DNA from: an uncultured bacterium
Lineage (GTDB): Bacteria; Actinomycetota; Acidimicrobiia; Spongiisociales; ZC4RG35
Length of the DNA: 64,000 bases
NCBI GenBank assembly: GCA_963745865.1
Contig: CAVUYZ010000003.1
Span: forward strand, 387,407-451,406
Direction of reading: 5' to 3'
Shown here: positions 39,366-49,083 of the stretch, piece after piece
Layout: each line of letters begins with the position of its first letter
How positions within the stretch are numbered: the first letter of the stretch is position 1
Position numbers and translations under genes: made by a program
Notes under the pieces: model-generated
What the model was told of the DNA's origin: nothing
Databases searched by the model: none
The model's input: the letters and a program-made list of their open reading frames with translations, nothing else

Positions 39366-40604
39366 CTACGTGTCGGAGAACGGTCGGGCGATCTCGGCGT
39401 TCGGGTCCTCGGTGACCTTGTATCCGGGGCGCCCACGGGCCAGCCAGTCGTCGTAGGCCGCCTCCGTTCCGACATCGTGTCCGGTGCCGACCGACATGGT
39501 GTAGCGGTGGTAGAGGAGATCGCAATAGCCCTGAACAGGATCCAGCACTTGGGCGAGGTCTCGGATCCGTTCCATCATCGGTTCGAACTCCGTGACTCGC
39601 CACTGGATGGCGGCGACGTTCTTGCCTGCCGGGGTGGTGTTCCCCGTCTTCGTTTGGAAGTAGTAGAGGTCTGACAGGATCTGACGCGCCTGCTGTTCGA
39701 GAGACTCGACACCCGTGAGGTTCTTCAGGCGGCGTTGGTGGAAGGTCCTCCCGCCGACCTGGAGCTTCACGTGAAGGCGTCCGCCGGTCTCGTCGACCGG
39801 AATGAGGTCGACCTCCTCGACGTCGAACCCGAGTTCGTTGAGAGCCTCGATACGTTCCCTGATTCTGTATCGCTCATCCGGTCCGATGGTGTCGGTGCGG
39901 TTGACCTCCTCCCACAGTCCCCGGTACCGATCTGCGATGTCCTCGCCCAGGTTCAGGTCCGCGTCATCGAGTTCAGCGCCGCTCTCACTGGCGATGTCCG
40001 CCATCCCGCCGGCGACGTTGATGATCATGATCTCGAGGTCTTCTTCGCGACGCCCGTTGGTGAGGCCGTCGTCGTAGATGGTGGCGGTCTCGGCGTCGAC
40101 CATGATCGTCTCGATGCCTTCGGCATCGAATCGGTAGAGCACGTTGGAGAGCGAGCAATCGCCCCAGAACACGCCAGCGAGGTGAAGCTCGACGAGCAGC
40201 ATCGCGAAGGCGTCCAGCAGTTGCGTGCGCCGCCCACCGAACCCGGCTCCGGCGATCAGTTCTCTGTACGAGAACGAGAACGGCTCATAGGCGGTGATCA
40301 GAGCTGCGGACCGCTCGTCGTGTCGGTCCGATGATCGGTTCTCGACGAGGCCGACGGGGCGGACGGCCGGCGCTCCGGATGACTCCAGCTGGCGCAGAAC
40401 CCCGTAATCCTGGCGAGCTGGCCGCACCGGGAGCTCCTTGATCGCATAGAGGCCCTGTGGGTACTCGAAGAACCGAACTTCGTGGCGGGAGATCCCTTTG
40501 GGGAGGTCGACGCGATGGCCGACCTCCCATTCCTGCAACGACACGTCCCAGGGGAGGTCGAGGAAATCGGGATGACCGGCTCGGATGGTCAATTCGGGCG
40601 GCAT
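39366..40604 (-). CDS. DUF4032-like atypical kinase-fold protein
   Basis: 412 aa with a RIO/LPS-kinase-like N-terminal half (RHEVRFFEYPQGLYAIKELP...WGDCSLSNVLY). Confidence 0.6.
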   Translation of the reverse strand: MPPELTIRAGHPDFLDLPWDVSLQEWEVGHRVDLPKGISRHEVRFFEYPQGLYAIKELPVRPARQDYGVLRQLESSGAPAVRPVGLVENRSSDRHDERSAALITAYEPFSFSYRELIAGAGFGGRRTQLLDAFAMLLVELHLAGVFWGDCSLSNVLYRFDAEGIETIMVDAETATIYDDGLTNGRREEDLEIMIINVAGGMADIASESGAELDDADLNLGEDIADRYRGLWEEVNRTDTIGPDERYRIRERIEALNELGFDVEEVDLIPVDETGGRLHVKLQVGGRTFHQRRLKNLTGVESLEQQARQILSDLYYFQTKTGNTTPAGKNVAAIQWRVTEFEPMMERIRDLAQVLDPVQGYCDLLYHRYTMSVGTGHDVGTEAAYDDWLARGRPGYKVTEDPNAEIARPFSDT

Positions 40605-40655
40605 CGCTCAACGGTAGTGGTCGATGAATTGGGGCAGACGCCGCCGGTGCGATGG

Positions 40656-41493
40656 TCAGGCCGGCGCCGGCTGGCAGGTCGGGCACCAATACGTGATTCG
40701 CGGGAACGGATCTCCGATGCGCTCGGCAACGACCGGGGTTCGACATCGTCGGCACGGTCGTCCGGTGCGTTCGAAGATCCACGACTGGCGGGTGGGACCC
40801 TGCATTCCGGTCGTGACCCGTCCAGCTCGATGGGCGTTGGGCAGCATCAGACGTCGGGCGCGGTCGGCCAGCGCGTCGAGTCGGTGCGGATCGAGTGCGC
40901 CGATCGGGGTTCTCGGGTGGAGCCGTTCCAGGAACAGGACCTCGTTCTTGTACTCGTTCCCGACTCCGGCGAGAACCCGCTGATCCATGAGCAGATCGGC
41001 GACGGAACGGTCCGCCTGCACCTTCGCCACTCGCTCCCGATAGAGGTCCCAGTCGAAGTCGTCCGCCAGGACGTCCGGTCCCAACCGGGACAGCACGCGG
41101 TCGATGACACGGGTTCGTTCGACCTCGACGGTCGGTGCGGCGTAGCAGAGCGCCTGATGGGTTCGGGTGGACAGGATCAGCCGTATCGCGCCGCGGTCGT
41201 CCCGATCGTCGGTCTCGACGGCTGCGTTCGGTCGCGATGCGCATTGTTCGCCCGGATGAATCTCGGATCTGAAAACGCCCCGTCATCCCGAGCCAGACGT
41301 GAACGCTCACGGCGGAGTCGGCGTCGATGATCAGGTGCTTGCCATGGGTCCTGATGCCGGTCACGGTCGCTCCGACGAGACGGGGTGACCACTTTCGCAC
41401 CGTCGGGGTCCCGTCAGCCGCCTCGATCACCTGGTCGACGAGGACCGGACGGAGAAGCTCGGCAGCGCGGGTGTAGCTGTCACCCTCGGGCAC
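40656..41493 (-). pseudogene. nei: Nei/Fpg-family DNA glycosylase (Nei2-like); one apparent +1 frameshift in a T4/A4 run at about 41273
   Basis: The N-terminus is MPEGDSY...HGKHLIIDADSAVSVHVWLGMTGRF. It continues in another frame as RSEIHPGEQ...LSRLGPDVLADDF...GVGNEYKNEVLF...CRRCRTPV...YWCPTCQ. It lies 3 nt downstream of lhr. Confidence 0.75.
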
Positions 41494-41496
41494 GGC

Positions 41497-44400
41497 TCAG
41501 GACCGATAGCTCATGCCGCGAGGCGCAGGAGCGAACCCCAGTTCGGTGAACACCGTCCCCCACGGCGTTCTGGCGGGTGCGGTCCCGTCGATCGACTCGA
41601 TTCGGAACGATCGTGACCGTGCGGCGATCCGGGTGATCGCGTGGGCAACCGGGAGCCTGATATCGGGATCGTCGGAGAGGGTCTTGAGGCGGCGACCATC
41701 GAGGAACGCCACCAACTCTCCGTCGAACATCACGACGTGGGCGCCGGCGAACCGGCCGATTCGACCCTCATCGATAGTCGGCCAGTCGAGTGATGCCCCG
41801 TAGGGATTCGCCGGGTCGGTCGCAGCGAGCGCAACGACGCCTGAATCCGGTGCGGAGCGGACCCGGTCCACCGCTCCCGGCAACGCGAATTGGGCTCCAC
41901 CCTGCCGTTCGATGAAGTATCCACGGCGTACACGGCCGGTTTCCTCGAGGCGCTGGAGGACCGGGTAGATCGATGTGAAGCCGCCGGGCAACCCTTCGGC
42001 AGCGACGGCGTTGCGGGTGACGATGCCGTGGCGGTCGAGAAGCTGGTGGCTCCAAGCGGTGGCGCGCCGGGTGTCAGTGACGGGCTCGACCACGTCCTCG
42101 AGAAGGTCGGAGACCAGCGACCACCGACCGGCGGCATGGGCGGGGAAGCTGGCGGAGAGCGAGGGTCGCCCGGGCTTTCTGGAACGTCGCGCTCGTGCGA
42201 ACGCCCGCACGGGCGCGAAGGTGTCGTTCGTGACCCTGCCCGTCCACACCAGATCCCAGAGCGCCTCGAGTGCCACGTCTGGATCGCCCCCACCGCAGGC
42301 GGCGTAGATGGCTTTGAAGAAGCTGGCGCCCCGCGACTCGAGGTGGTCGAGGATCGCCTGGTGTGCCTCACCGGTCGGGGTCGGATCCGATGGCGGGAGC
42401 CAGAGGAGGGGGAGCTGGTCGCGGAAGTAGAGCGCGAGCTTCCCGTCCCGTGTGCCGAGCGTGCCACGGCCGGCCCACACCACCTCACCTTCGATCATCA
42501 GTTGATCGAGTGTCTGCCCGGGGTCTGCATGGCGGAGCGGCAGGACGTCTCCGAGAAGCACCGAGGCAGGGATCTCGGCGCCTTGCAGGCGTCTAATCGT
42601 CTCGAGCAGCGGTCCTCTGCCCCGTGGTGGATCGTCGGTCACTCCCTGCCAGACAGGCAGGAAACGTCCCAGCGCGTCGGCGCCGACGGGTTCGATCTCA
42701 GACCTCAGCGCGGTGAGAGACCGACGTTTGAGGCGGCGCAGCACCTCGGCGTCGATCCACTCGATGCCCGTCCCGCCCGGTCGGAACGCTCCCTGCACGA
42801 CCCGGCGTTGCATGTCGAGACGTCGGAGCGCGGTGGTCACGACTCCCGGTGGAAGCCCTAGCGACGTGGCGGCTTCGGCGGCGCTGAACGGCCCGTGGGT
42901 TCGCGCGAACCGTCCGACGACGTCGCCCAGTGGATCGTCGACAGTCTCCAGAAATGCATGGGGGACCCCTGCGGGGGGCTGGACGCCGAGAGCATCACGG
43001 AGCCGCCCGGCATCCTCGATTGCCGCCCACCGAGGCTCACCACGCATGTGGATTCCGATGACGCGCCGAGCGTCGTTCAGCGCGTCGAGGGCTGTCGCGA
43101 CAGTTGTGTCGGTGGTCCGCAGCTCGATGTCGGTGGTCGAGAGCGGTCCGAGCGTCCTGAGCAGATCCGTGATCCCATCCGGCCCGCGGGCCTTGCGCTC
43201 GTCTGTGAGTCGCTGGAGCTCGAGCTCCAACGTCGCCAACTGGTCGGCATCGAGAAGCTCGCGTAGCTCGCCCTCGCCGAGCAGTTCCCGAAGGAGCTCG
43301 CGATCGAGTGTGAGAGCGGCTGCCCGTCGTTCGGCCAATGGTGTGTCACCTTCGTAGAGGTAGGCCGCAACGAATGCAAACAGGAGAGACGAGGCGAACG
43401 GGGATGGAGAGTCCAGGTCGATCTCGGCGACACGGATCCGCCGGCTGCGCACGTCGGCCAGCACGTCACGCAGGTCGCCGATGGCGAAATCGTCCTGGAG
43501 GATCTCTCTGAACGTCTCGAGAATGATCGGGAACGAGCCGAACTGCTTGGCGACACTCAGCAGATCGGCAGCCTTGCGACGCTGGAGCCACAGCGGCGTC
43601 CGCTGCCCCGGTCGTCGGCGGGGGAGCAGCAGAGCCCGTCCGGCCGCCTCACGGAACCGGGCTGCGAACATCGCCGTGTCAGCCAGGTGCTCGGTGAGAA
43701 GCGGCTCCACCTCCTCTGGCTCGAGGAGCAGCTCGGCTGCCGTCGGGATGTCGTCGGTGTCGGGGAACCGGAAGGCGATACCGTCATCCGACCAGATGAC
43801 GTCGACGTCGGTGCCGGTGCGGTCCCGGAGCTTCTGGGTCACGGCCATCGCCCACGGCGCATGCACCTTGGCACCGAGCGGTGACAGCAGAACCAGGCGC
43901 CAGTCACCGATCTCGTCGCGGAAACGCTGAACGACGAGGGTCTGGTCGGTTGGGAGGACACCCGCAGCTTCGCGCTCCTCGGCGAGATAGGCGACGAGGT
44001 TGTCGGCGGCGAGCTCGTCGAGCCTGAACCGCTCGATCAGCCGGCTCCGCGCGTCAGCGGGTTCGAGGCTGTCGATCTCGCGAACGAAGGATCCGACCGC
44101 CCGGCCGGTCTCGAGTGACCGTCCCAGGGCGTCACCGTGCCAGTAGGGCATGCGGGCAGCCGGTTCGCCGGGAGCGGGGATGACCTCCACCCGGTCTGGG
44201 CCGATGTCGATGATCCTCCAGGTGGATGACCCGAGAATGAAGACGTCTCCGACCCTCGACTCGTAGACCATCTCCTCGTCGAGCTCCCCGACTCTGCCAC
44301 CTTCGGGGAGCATCACCCGATAGAGGCCACGATCGGGGATGGTTCCGGCGTTCGACACGGCCAGCTGTCGGGCTCCGGATCGGGCGCTGACCGTTCCCGC

Positions 44401-45873
44401 GACGCGATCCCAGACGATCCGGGGTCGCAGCTCGGAGAAGAGATCGGACGGGTAGCGACCGGCGAGCATGTCGAGCGTCTCGTCGAAGAGCGAGCGGGGA
44501 AGTTCCCGGAACGGCGTGGCACGGCGGGTCATCTCGTAGAGGGAGTCGACCTCGCGGTCTTCGATCACGACTGCGGCGATCAGCTGCTGGCTGAGGACGT
44601 CGAGCGCGTTGCGGGGGATCGTCGTCTGCTCGACCTGCCCATTGATCATTCGGTCGACCAGCACGGTCGAGAGGACCAGGTCACCGCGATGCTTCGGGAA
44701 GACCTTCGCGGTAGAGACGGCGCCGACTTGATGTCCCGCCCGGCCGACCCGCTGGAGCCCGCTTGCAACCGATATCGGTGCCTCGATCTGGATCACCAGA
44801 TCGACCGCCCCCATGTCGATTCCGAGCTCGAGTGAGCTGGTCGCAACCACCGCTTTGAGATCGCCGCGTTTGAGGCTCTCCTCGATCTCCATCCGTTGTT
44901 CTCTCGCCACCGACCCGTGGTGGGCTCTGGCGATCTCTCGCCCGGCGAGCGTGTTCAGCTCCGCGCAGACTCGCTCCGTCAATCGACGGCTGTTCGCGAA
45001 CACGATCGTGGACGTGTGACTTTCGACGAGCTCGAGGATGCGCGGGTACACGGCCGGCCAGATCGACTTGGTTCGCACCCGGTCAGGGTCGAGTGGGTCG
45101 ACCTCGTCGGGTTCGGCCATGTTCTCGACGGGGACCACCAACTCCAGGTCGAGCTCGCGACGACCTGGCGTGTCGATCAGGTTGACCGGTCGGGGAGCCC
45201 ATTCGCCGGTGTCGTCGATCGTTCCTCCCCCGAGGAACATGCCGATGGTCTCGAGCGGTCGTTGGGTGGCGGAGAGGCCGATGCGTTGGGGTGGACGGTG
45301 GGTGATCTCCTCGAGTCGTTCCAGGCTGAGGGCGAGGTGGACCCCACGTTTCGATCCTGCGACCGCGTGCACCTCGTCGCAGATGACGTATCGGACCGAG
45401 CGGAGGGTCTCCCGGGCTTGTGACGTCAGGAGGAGGTACAGGGACTCGGGCGTCGTGATGAGGATGTCAGACGGCCGGCGCTGCATGCGCCGTCGGTCAG
45501 CAGGCGGGGTGTCACCGGTTCTCAGGAACGTCGTCAGCTCGGGCAGGGGATCGCCACCGATTCTCTCCGAAGCGTGACGGATCCCAGCGAGCGGGGCCCG
45601 GAGATTTCGGTCGATGTCGTAGGCGAGGGCCTTCATCGGCGAGATGTAGAGGACCCGACACCGCTCGGCGTCTGCGGGGGTCGGTTCGTGGAGGAGCCGG
45701 TCGATGGTCCACAAGAACGCAGCGAGGGTCTTCCCTGAGCCCGTTGGAGCATGGATGAGTGTGTGGGCACCGGTGGAGATCGAGTCCCAGCCGTGTTGCT
45801 GCGCCTCGGTTGGTCCCGGAAAGGAGGCTTCGAACCAGGCGCGAGTCGCTGGCATGAATTGGTCGCCGATCAT
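41497..45873 (-). CDS. lhr: ATP-dependent helicase Lhr (long form with C-terminal domains)
   Basis: 1458 aa and uninterrupted. It has APTGSGKT, a DEVH box and Lhr-type winged-helix/C-terminal regions. Confidence 0.9.
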   Translation of the reverse strand: MIGDQFMPATRAWFEASFPGPTEAQQHGWDSISTGAHTLIHAPTGSGKTLAAFLWTIDRLLHEPTPADAERCRVLYISPMKALAYDIDRNLRAPLAGIRHASERIGGDPLPELTTFLRTGDTPPADRRRMQRRPSDILITTPESLYLLLTSQARETLRSVRYVICDEVHAVAGSKRGVHLALSLERLEEITHRPPQRIGLSATQRPLETIGMFLGGGTIDDTGEWAPRPVNLIDTPGRRELDLELVVPVENMAEPDEVDPLDPDRVRTKSIWPAVYPRILELVESHTSTIVFANSRRLTERVCAELNTLAGREIARAHHGSVAREQRMEIEESLKRGDLKAVVATSSLELGIDMGAVDLVIQIEAPISVASGLQRVGRAGHQVGAVSTAKVFPKHRGDLVLSTVLVDRMINGQVEQTTIPRNALDVLSQQLIAAVVIEDREVDSLYEMTRRATPFRELPRSLFDETLDMLAGRYPSDLFSELRPRIVWDRVAGTVSARSGARQLAVSNAGTIPDRGLYRVMLPEGGRVGELDEEMVYESRVGDVFILGSSTWRIIDIGPDRVEVIPAPGEPAARMPYWHGDALGRSLETGRAVGSFVREIDSLEPADARSRLIERFRLDELAADNLVAYLAEEREAAGVLPTDQTLVVQRFRDEIGDWRLVLLSPLGAKVHAPWAMAVTQKLRDRTGTDVDVIWSDDGIAFRFPDTDDIPTAAELLLEPEEVEPLLTEHLADTAMFAARFREAAGRALLLPRRRPGQRTPLWLQRRKAADLLSVAKQFGSFPIILETFREILQDDFAIGDLRDVLADVRSRRIRVAEIDLDSPSPFASSLLFAFVAAYLYEGDTPLAERRAAALTLDRELLRELLGEGELRELLDADQLATLELELQRLTDERKARGPDGITDLLRTLGPLSTTDIELRTTDTTVATALDALNDARRVIGIHMRGEPRWAAIEDAGRLRDALGVQPPAGVPHAFLETVDDPLGDVVGRFARTHGPFSAAEAATSLGLPPGVVTTALRRLDMQRRVVQGAFRPGGTGIEWIDAEVLRRLKRRSLTALRSEIEPVGADALGRFLPVWQGVTDDPPRGRGPLLETIRRLQGAEIPASVLLGDVLPLRHADPGQTLDQLMIEGEVVWAGRGTLGTRDGKLALYFRDQLPLLWLPPSDPTPTGEAHQAILDHLESRGASFFKAIYAACGGGDPDVALEALWDLVWTGRVTNDTFAPVRAFARARRSRKPGRPSLSASFPAHAAGRWSLVSDLLEDVVEPVTDTRRATAWSHQLLDRHGIVTRNAVAAEGLPGGFTSIYPVLQRLEETGRVRRGYFIERQGGAQFALPGAVDRVRSAPDSGVVALAATDPANPYGASLDWPTIDEGRIGRFAGAHVVMFDGELVAFLDGRRLKTLSDDPDIRLPVAHAITRIAARSRSFRIESIDGTAPARTPWGTVFTELGFAPAPRGMSYRS

Positions 45874-45918
45874 CGGCGCGAAGGGTATCGGTCCCGTCGG
45901 GAAACGGAGGACCGCAGG

Positions 45919-46500
45919 TCAGTTGGCTGCGAGGTCCAGGACGAGCGGCAGTCCGGACTCGAGCAGTCCTTGGGATTCGATCGTGAGGAACGCCTCGACA
46001 ACGAGCGGGTCGAACTGGGTGCCGGCGTACGTGCGAATTTCGGTGATGGCGTACTCCGGCGGCATCGCGGGCTGATACGACCGATGGCTCGTGATGGCGT
46101 CGTAGGCATCGGCGACTGCGACGATGCGCGCCATCTGTGGAATCTCTTCGCCCGCGAGACGGTGGGGGTATCCGCTGCCGTCGAAGTGCTCGTGGTGGAA
46201 CAGGATCGCTTCGGAGATCTCACGTTCGAACAGGTCTGCCGTCATGGCGAAACCGAAGACGGGGTGGCGGCGCATGTTCTCGAGCTCTTCGCCGATGAGA
46301 GTCGAGGGCTTCGTGAGTAGTTGTGTGTTGACGTGGAGTTTGCCGACATCGTGCAACACCCCAACCGTCGAGAGCTTGTCGAGGTCGAGTTTGTCGAGAC
46401 CGAGAACCTCCCCGATCGCAACCGAGGTGCCAGACACGCGATGAACGTGCCCGTAGATGTCTTCTACCATGCCCTCCATCGCGGAGATCAACGAGTCCAT
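45919..46500 (-). CDS. Stand-alone HD-GYP domain protein
   Basis: It has HDVGKL and HHEHFDGSGYP signatures. It lies 45 nt upstream of lhr on the same strand. Confidence 0.85.
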   Translation of the reverse strand: MDSLISAMEGMVEDIYGHVHRVSGTSVAIGEVLGLDKLDLDKLSTVGVLHDVGKLHVNTQLLTKPSTLIGEELENMRRHPVFGFAMTADLFEREISEAILFHHEHFDGSGYPHRLAGEEIPQMARIVAVADAYDAITSHRSYQPAMPPEYAITEIRTYAGTQFDPLVVEAFLTIESQGLLESGLPLVLDLAAN

Positions 46501-46587
46501 GTGGTTCCAGCCGTCACGTACTTCTCCAGTATTCCGTCAACAGGATGCGTTACACCCAATCCCGGCGCTATGAGCCGCATGGATCAA

Positions 46588-47517
46588 TTACACCGGTGTG
46601 GTTCCGGCGTCCTGGACCGGGTAGCGAAGAGAAAAAGAATCCCCCCTGGGTTCGCAGGGCGAACCCCGTCCCCCCGAGGGGGGACACACACCCCAGCGAG
46701 GCATGGGGGATTTCAGCCGGGATCGCGGGTCGTACCGGAGATCTTCCAGGAATGCAGTCACAGCTTCGTGATGTTCGGGATCGGCGTGGGCGATCGCCTG
46801 ATAGGCCGCGGTCATGTCGAGGAATGGTGTGAGCTCCATCTGCCTGGCGTGGCGGAGGAGACGTTTGGTGAGTCGGATCGAATGGCGTGGTTTCGAGGCG
46901 ATCTCGGCGGCGAGGCCAAGTGCCCGCGGCATCAGCTCGTCCGGCTCGACCACATCCAACAGAATGTCGAGATCCTGGGCCTCGTCGGCATCGACGGTAC
47001 GGGCGGTGAAGGACAACTCGGCAGCTCGCTGCCATCCGACGACACGGGGAAGCAACCACGCCCCACCGTCGCCGGGGAGGATCCCGAGCTTCGAGAACGT
47101 GTGAGCGAACCGAGCGCGGGTCGAGCCGATGCGGAGGTCACACCCGAGGACGAGATCGAAGCCGGCGCCAACCGCCGGGCCGTTGACTGCCGCGATCGTC
47201 ACGAGGTCGGTGTGGGCCATGGTGGTGGTCAGCCGTTGAATAGTCGTGCGGTACCGCTCGGCGATCGCTCCCGGGTCACCACTGAACAGACCCGAGCGGT
47301 TCGCCATGTCCTTGATGTTGCCGCCGGCGGAGAACGCCGATCCAGCGCCGGTCATGACCAGAACGGTGACGGTCGGATCGCGCTCGGCCGCATGAACAGC
47401 TTCCAGGATCTCATCGAGCATCCGCTCGCCGGTCAGAGCGTTCCGGGTATCAGGCTGATCGAGCGTGAGCACGGCGACTCCGGAGTCGATCGAGAAGATG
47501 GTTTCCTCGCGATTCAC
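46588..47517 (-). CDS. Enoyl-CoA hydratase/isomerase family protein (the 3' end is uncertain because the ORF reads through repeat copy 2)
   Basis: It has a crotonase fold (LDQPDTRNAL...GAGSAFSAGGNIKDM...AAVNGPAVGAGFDLVLGCDLR). The last 35-40 codons are encoded by the palindromic element. Confidence 0.8.
   Translation of the reverse strand: MNREETIFSIDSGVAVLTLDQPDTRNALTGERMLDEILEAVHAAERDPTVTVLVMTGAGSAFSAGGNIKDMANRSGLFSGDPGAIAERYRTTIQRLTTTMAHTDLVTIAAVNGPAVGAGFDLVLGCDLRIGSTRARFAHTFSKLGILPGDGGAWLLPRVVGWQRAAELSFTARTVDADEAQDLDILLDVVEPDELMPRALGLAAEIASKPRHSIRLTKRLLRHARQMELTPFLDMTAAYQAIAHADPEHHEAVTAFLEDLRYDPRSRLKSPMPRWGVCPPSGGRGSPCEPRGDSFSLRYPVQDAGTTPV
46637..46712 (-). repeat. GC-rich palindromic 3'-end element, copy 2 (inverted relative to copy 1)
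   Basis: cccccctgggttcgcag[gg]cgaaccccgtcccccc matches the reverse complement of 39299-39334. It has hairpins GGGTTCG-caggg-CGAACCC (46648-46666) and GTCCCCCC-ga-GGGGGGAC (46668-46685). Confidence 0.8.
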
Positions 47518-48305
47518 GACGACCCGAAACCAGCCGCCCGAGCGGCATCTGCGAAGCGCCGGGCGAGACCGGCGTCGACCGGGTTCGACGGGTCGTTGCC
47601 GAGCTTCACCGACGAACCGACGATGACGATGTCGGCGAACCGCGCCAGGTCGGCGACTGTGCCCGTCGACGCACCGGAGCCAATTGCCAGCGGCGCGTCC
47701 GGGACAGACTCGCTGACGCGTCTGAGGTCATCGACGTCGACCGCCGAGCCCGTTCCGGTACCCGAGACAACGAGCGCGTCGGCTCCGGAGCGTTCCCAGG
47801 CATCCACGGCGGCGAGCTCGATGGTCGAGCCGGGCGGTGGTGTGGCGTGCTTGACGAAGACATCGGCGAGAATGGCGGCATCAGGTGCGATCTGCGACCT
47901 CGATCGGGCGATCTCGGCCGCTCGTCCAACGATCGGCCCCTGATCGGTGTACATCATCGACGAGAGCACGTTGACCCTGATCAGCGACGCTCCCGTTGCC
48001 GCAGCGATCGCCAGAGCTGCCAGCCCATCATTACGAAGGACGTTGACGCCAAGCGGCACGTCGATCTCGTGCCGGATCTCGGAGACTGCTCGTGTCATCG
48101 AGGCGATCGTGACGGGTGGAACAGAGTCGGCGAAGAAGGGTGCGTCCCCGAAGTTCTCGATCATGACAGCGTCGAAACCCGCTGATTCCAGTGTGGCCGC
48201 ATCGGATCGGCCACGGTCGACGACGGCTTCGATGTCTCCTGCGAACCGTGGACTTCCCGGCAGCGGTCCCAGATGGACCATGCCGATGAGGCTCGGGAGC
48301 CTCAC
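47514..48305 (-). CDS. BtpA/SgcQ-family TIM-barrel protein
   Basis: GTG 48305 overlaps the upstream stop (GTGA). It has LIGMVHLGPLPGSPRF. The upstream part of the 414-aa track ORF overlaps the previous gene out of frame. Confidence 0.75.
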   Translation of the reverse strand: MRLPSLIGMVHLGPLPGSPRFAGDIEAVVDRGRSDAATLESAGFDAVMIENFGDAPFFADSVPPVTIASMTRAVSEIRHEIDVPLGVNVLRNDGLAALAIAAATGASLIRVNVLSSMMYTDQGPIVGRAAEIARSRSQIAPDAAILADVFVKHATPPPGSTIELAAVDAWERSGADALVVSGTGTGSAVDVDDLRRVSESVPDAPLAIGSGASTGTVADLARFADIVIVGSSVKLGNDPSNPVDAGLARRFADAARAAGFGSS

Positions 48306-49033
48306 AGGTATGCCTGGACCACCCGGACGGCGTGCTCGGCTGCGTCTCCGGTCACTTTGAGCCTCGTCTCGTCGAGGGAGATGCGCCTGACGCACAGCCG
48401 GGCCCAGTCCGACGCCGACCCCTTCACGAGATTGTCGGTGTCCTCCGGTCCGTACACCCACTTGACGTAGCCGGGGCCGATGACCTCGACCCTGACCGGC
48501 TCGTAGTCGACGCCTGCCATCTTGAAGCTGTGGGGGAGAGACTTCCACCCGAGCCAGCAGACGTGTCTGATGCGCTGGGTGTCTTCGATCTCGGCCGTGG
48601 CAGCGGCGTAGATGTCGAGACCGTGGGCCCAGGTCTCCATCAGCCGGGTGGTAGCCAGCGTGCGGGCGCTCATGTCTCCAGTCACCCAATCGACGCGCTG
48701 GGAGGCATTCATGTGGGAGAGCGGCTCGACGACCTTGGCTCGACCGTTGCGCCACCATTCGATCACATCCTGCGGACGCATCTGCCGGCCTTTGTCGACC
48801 GCCTCTTGACGGATGGTGTCGTGGTCGCTCGATGACTTGTATCTCGCCAGGTCGGCATCGCCGGCGATGACGGCGGCAGCGAGCTCTTCGTAGTCGGCGA
48901 GGTGTGAGATCGTGTCACGGATGGTCCATCCCTTGGCGGGGGTTTCCACATCCCACAGCTTCAGGTTCACCTGCTGGAGGAACTGATCGAGGAACTGCTG
49001 TTCCGCTACGAGGTCTGAGAGTATTTCGCGCAC
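48302..49033 (-). CDS. TIGR03084-like / mycothiol-dependent maleylpyruvate-isomerase-family (DinB-fold) protein
   Basis: It has an N-terminal motif KGWTIRDTISHLADYEE and is 243 aa long. Confidence 0.65.
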   Translation of the reverse strand: MREILSDLVAEQQFLDQFLQQVNLKLWDVETPAKGWTIRDTISHLADYEELAAAVIAGDADLARYKSSSDHDTIRQEAVDKGRQMRPQDVIEWWRNGRAKVVEPLSHMNASQRVDWVTGDMSARTLATTRLMETWAHGLDIYAAATAEIEDTQRIRHVCWLGWKSLPHSFKMAGVDYEPVRVEVIGPGYVKWVYGPEDTDNLVKGSASDWARLCVRRISLDETRLKVTGDAAEHAVRVVQAYL

Positions 49034-49045
49034 GACTTGATTTTA
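49034..49045 (-). promoter_or_regulatory. Candidate -10 element (TAAAAT) giving a leaderless transcript for the TIGR03084-BtpA-ECH genes
   Basis: On the minus strand TAAAAT (49045-49040) is followed by 6 nt and then GTG at 49033. No SD sequence is present. Confidence 0.35.
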
Positions 49046-49083
49046 GTGTCGTTCTCCGACCGTCTCACCTCCGGGTCGGCACT

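Noticed and set aside
49056-49079. A CCGACC...GGTCGG hairpin after the LOG gene, considered as a terminator.
   Set aside because: It has a 6-bp stem, a 12-nt loop and no U-tract, which is too weak to call.
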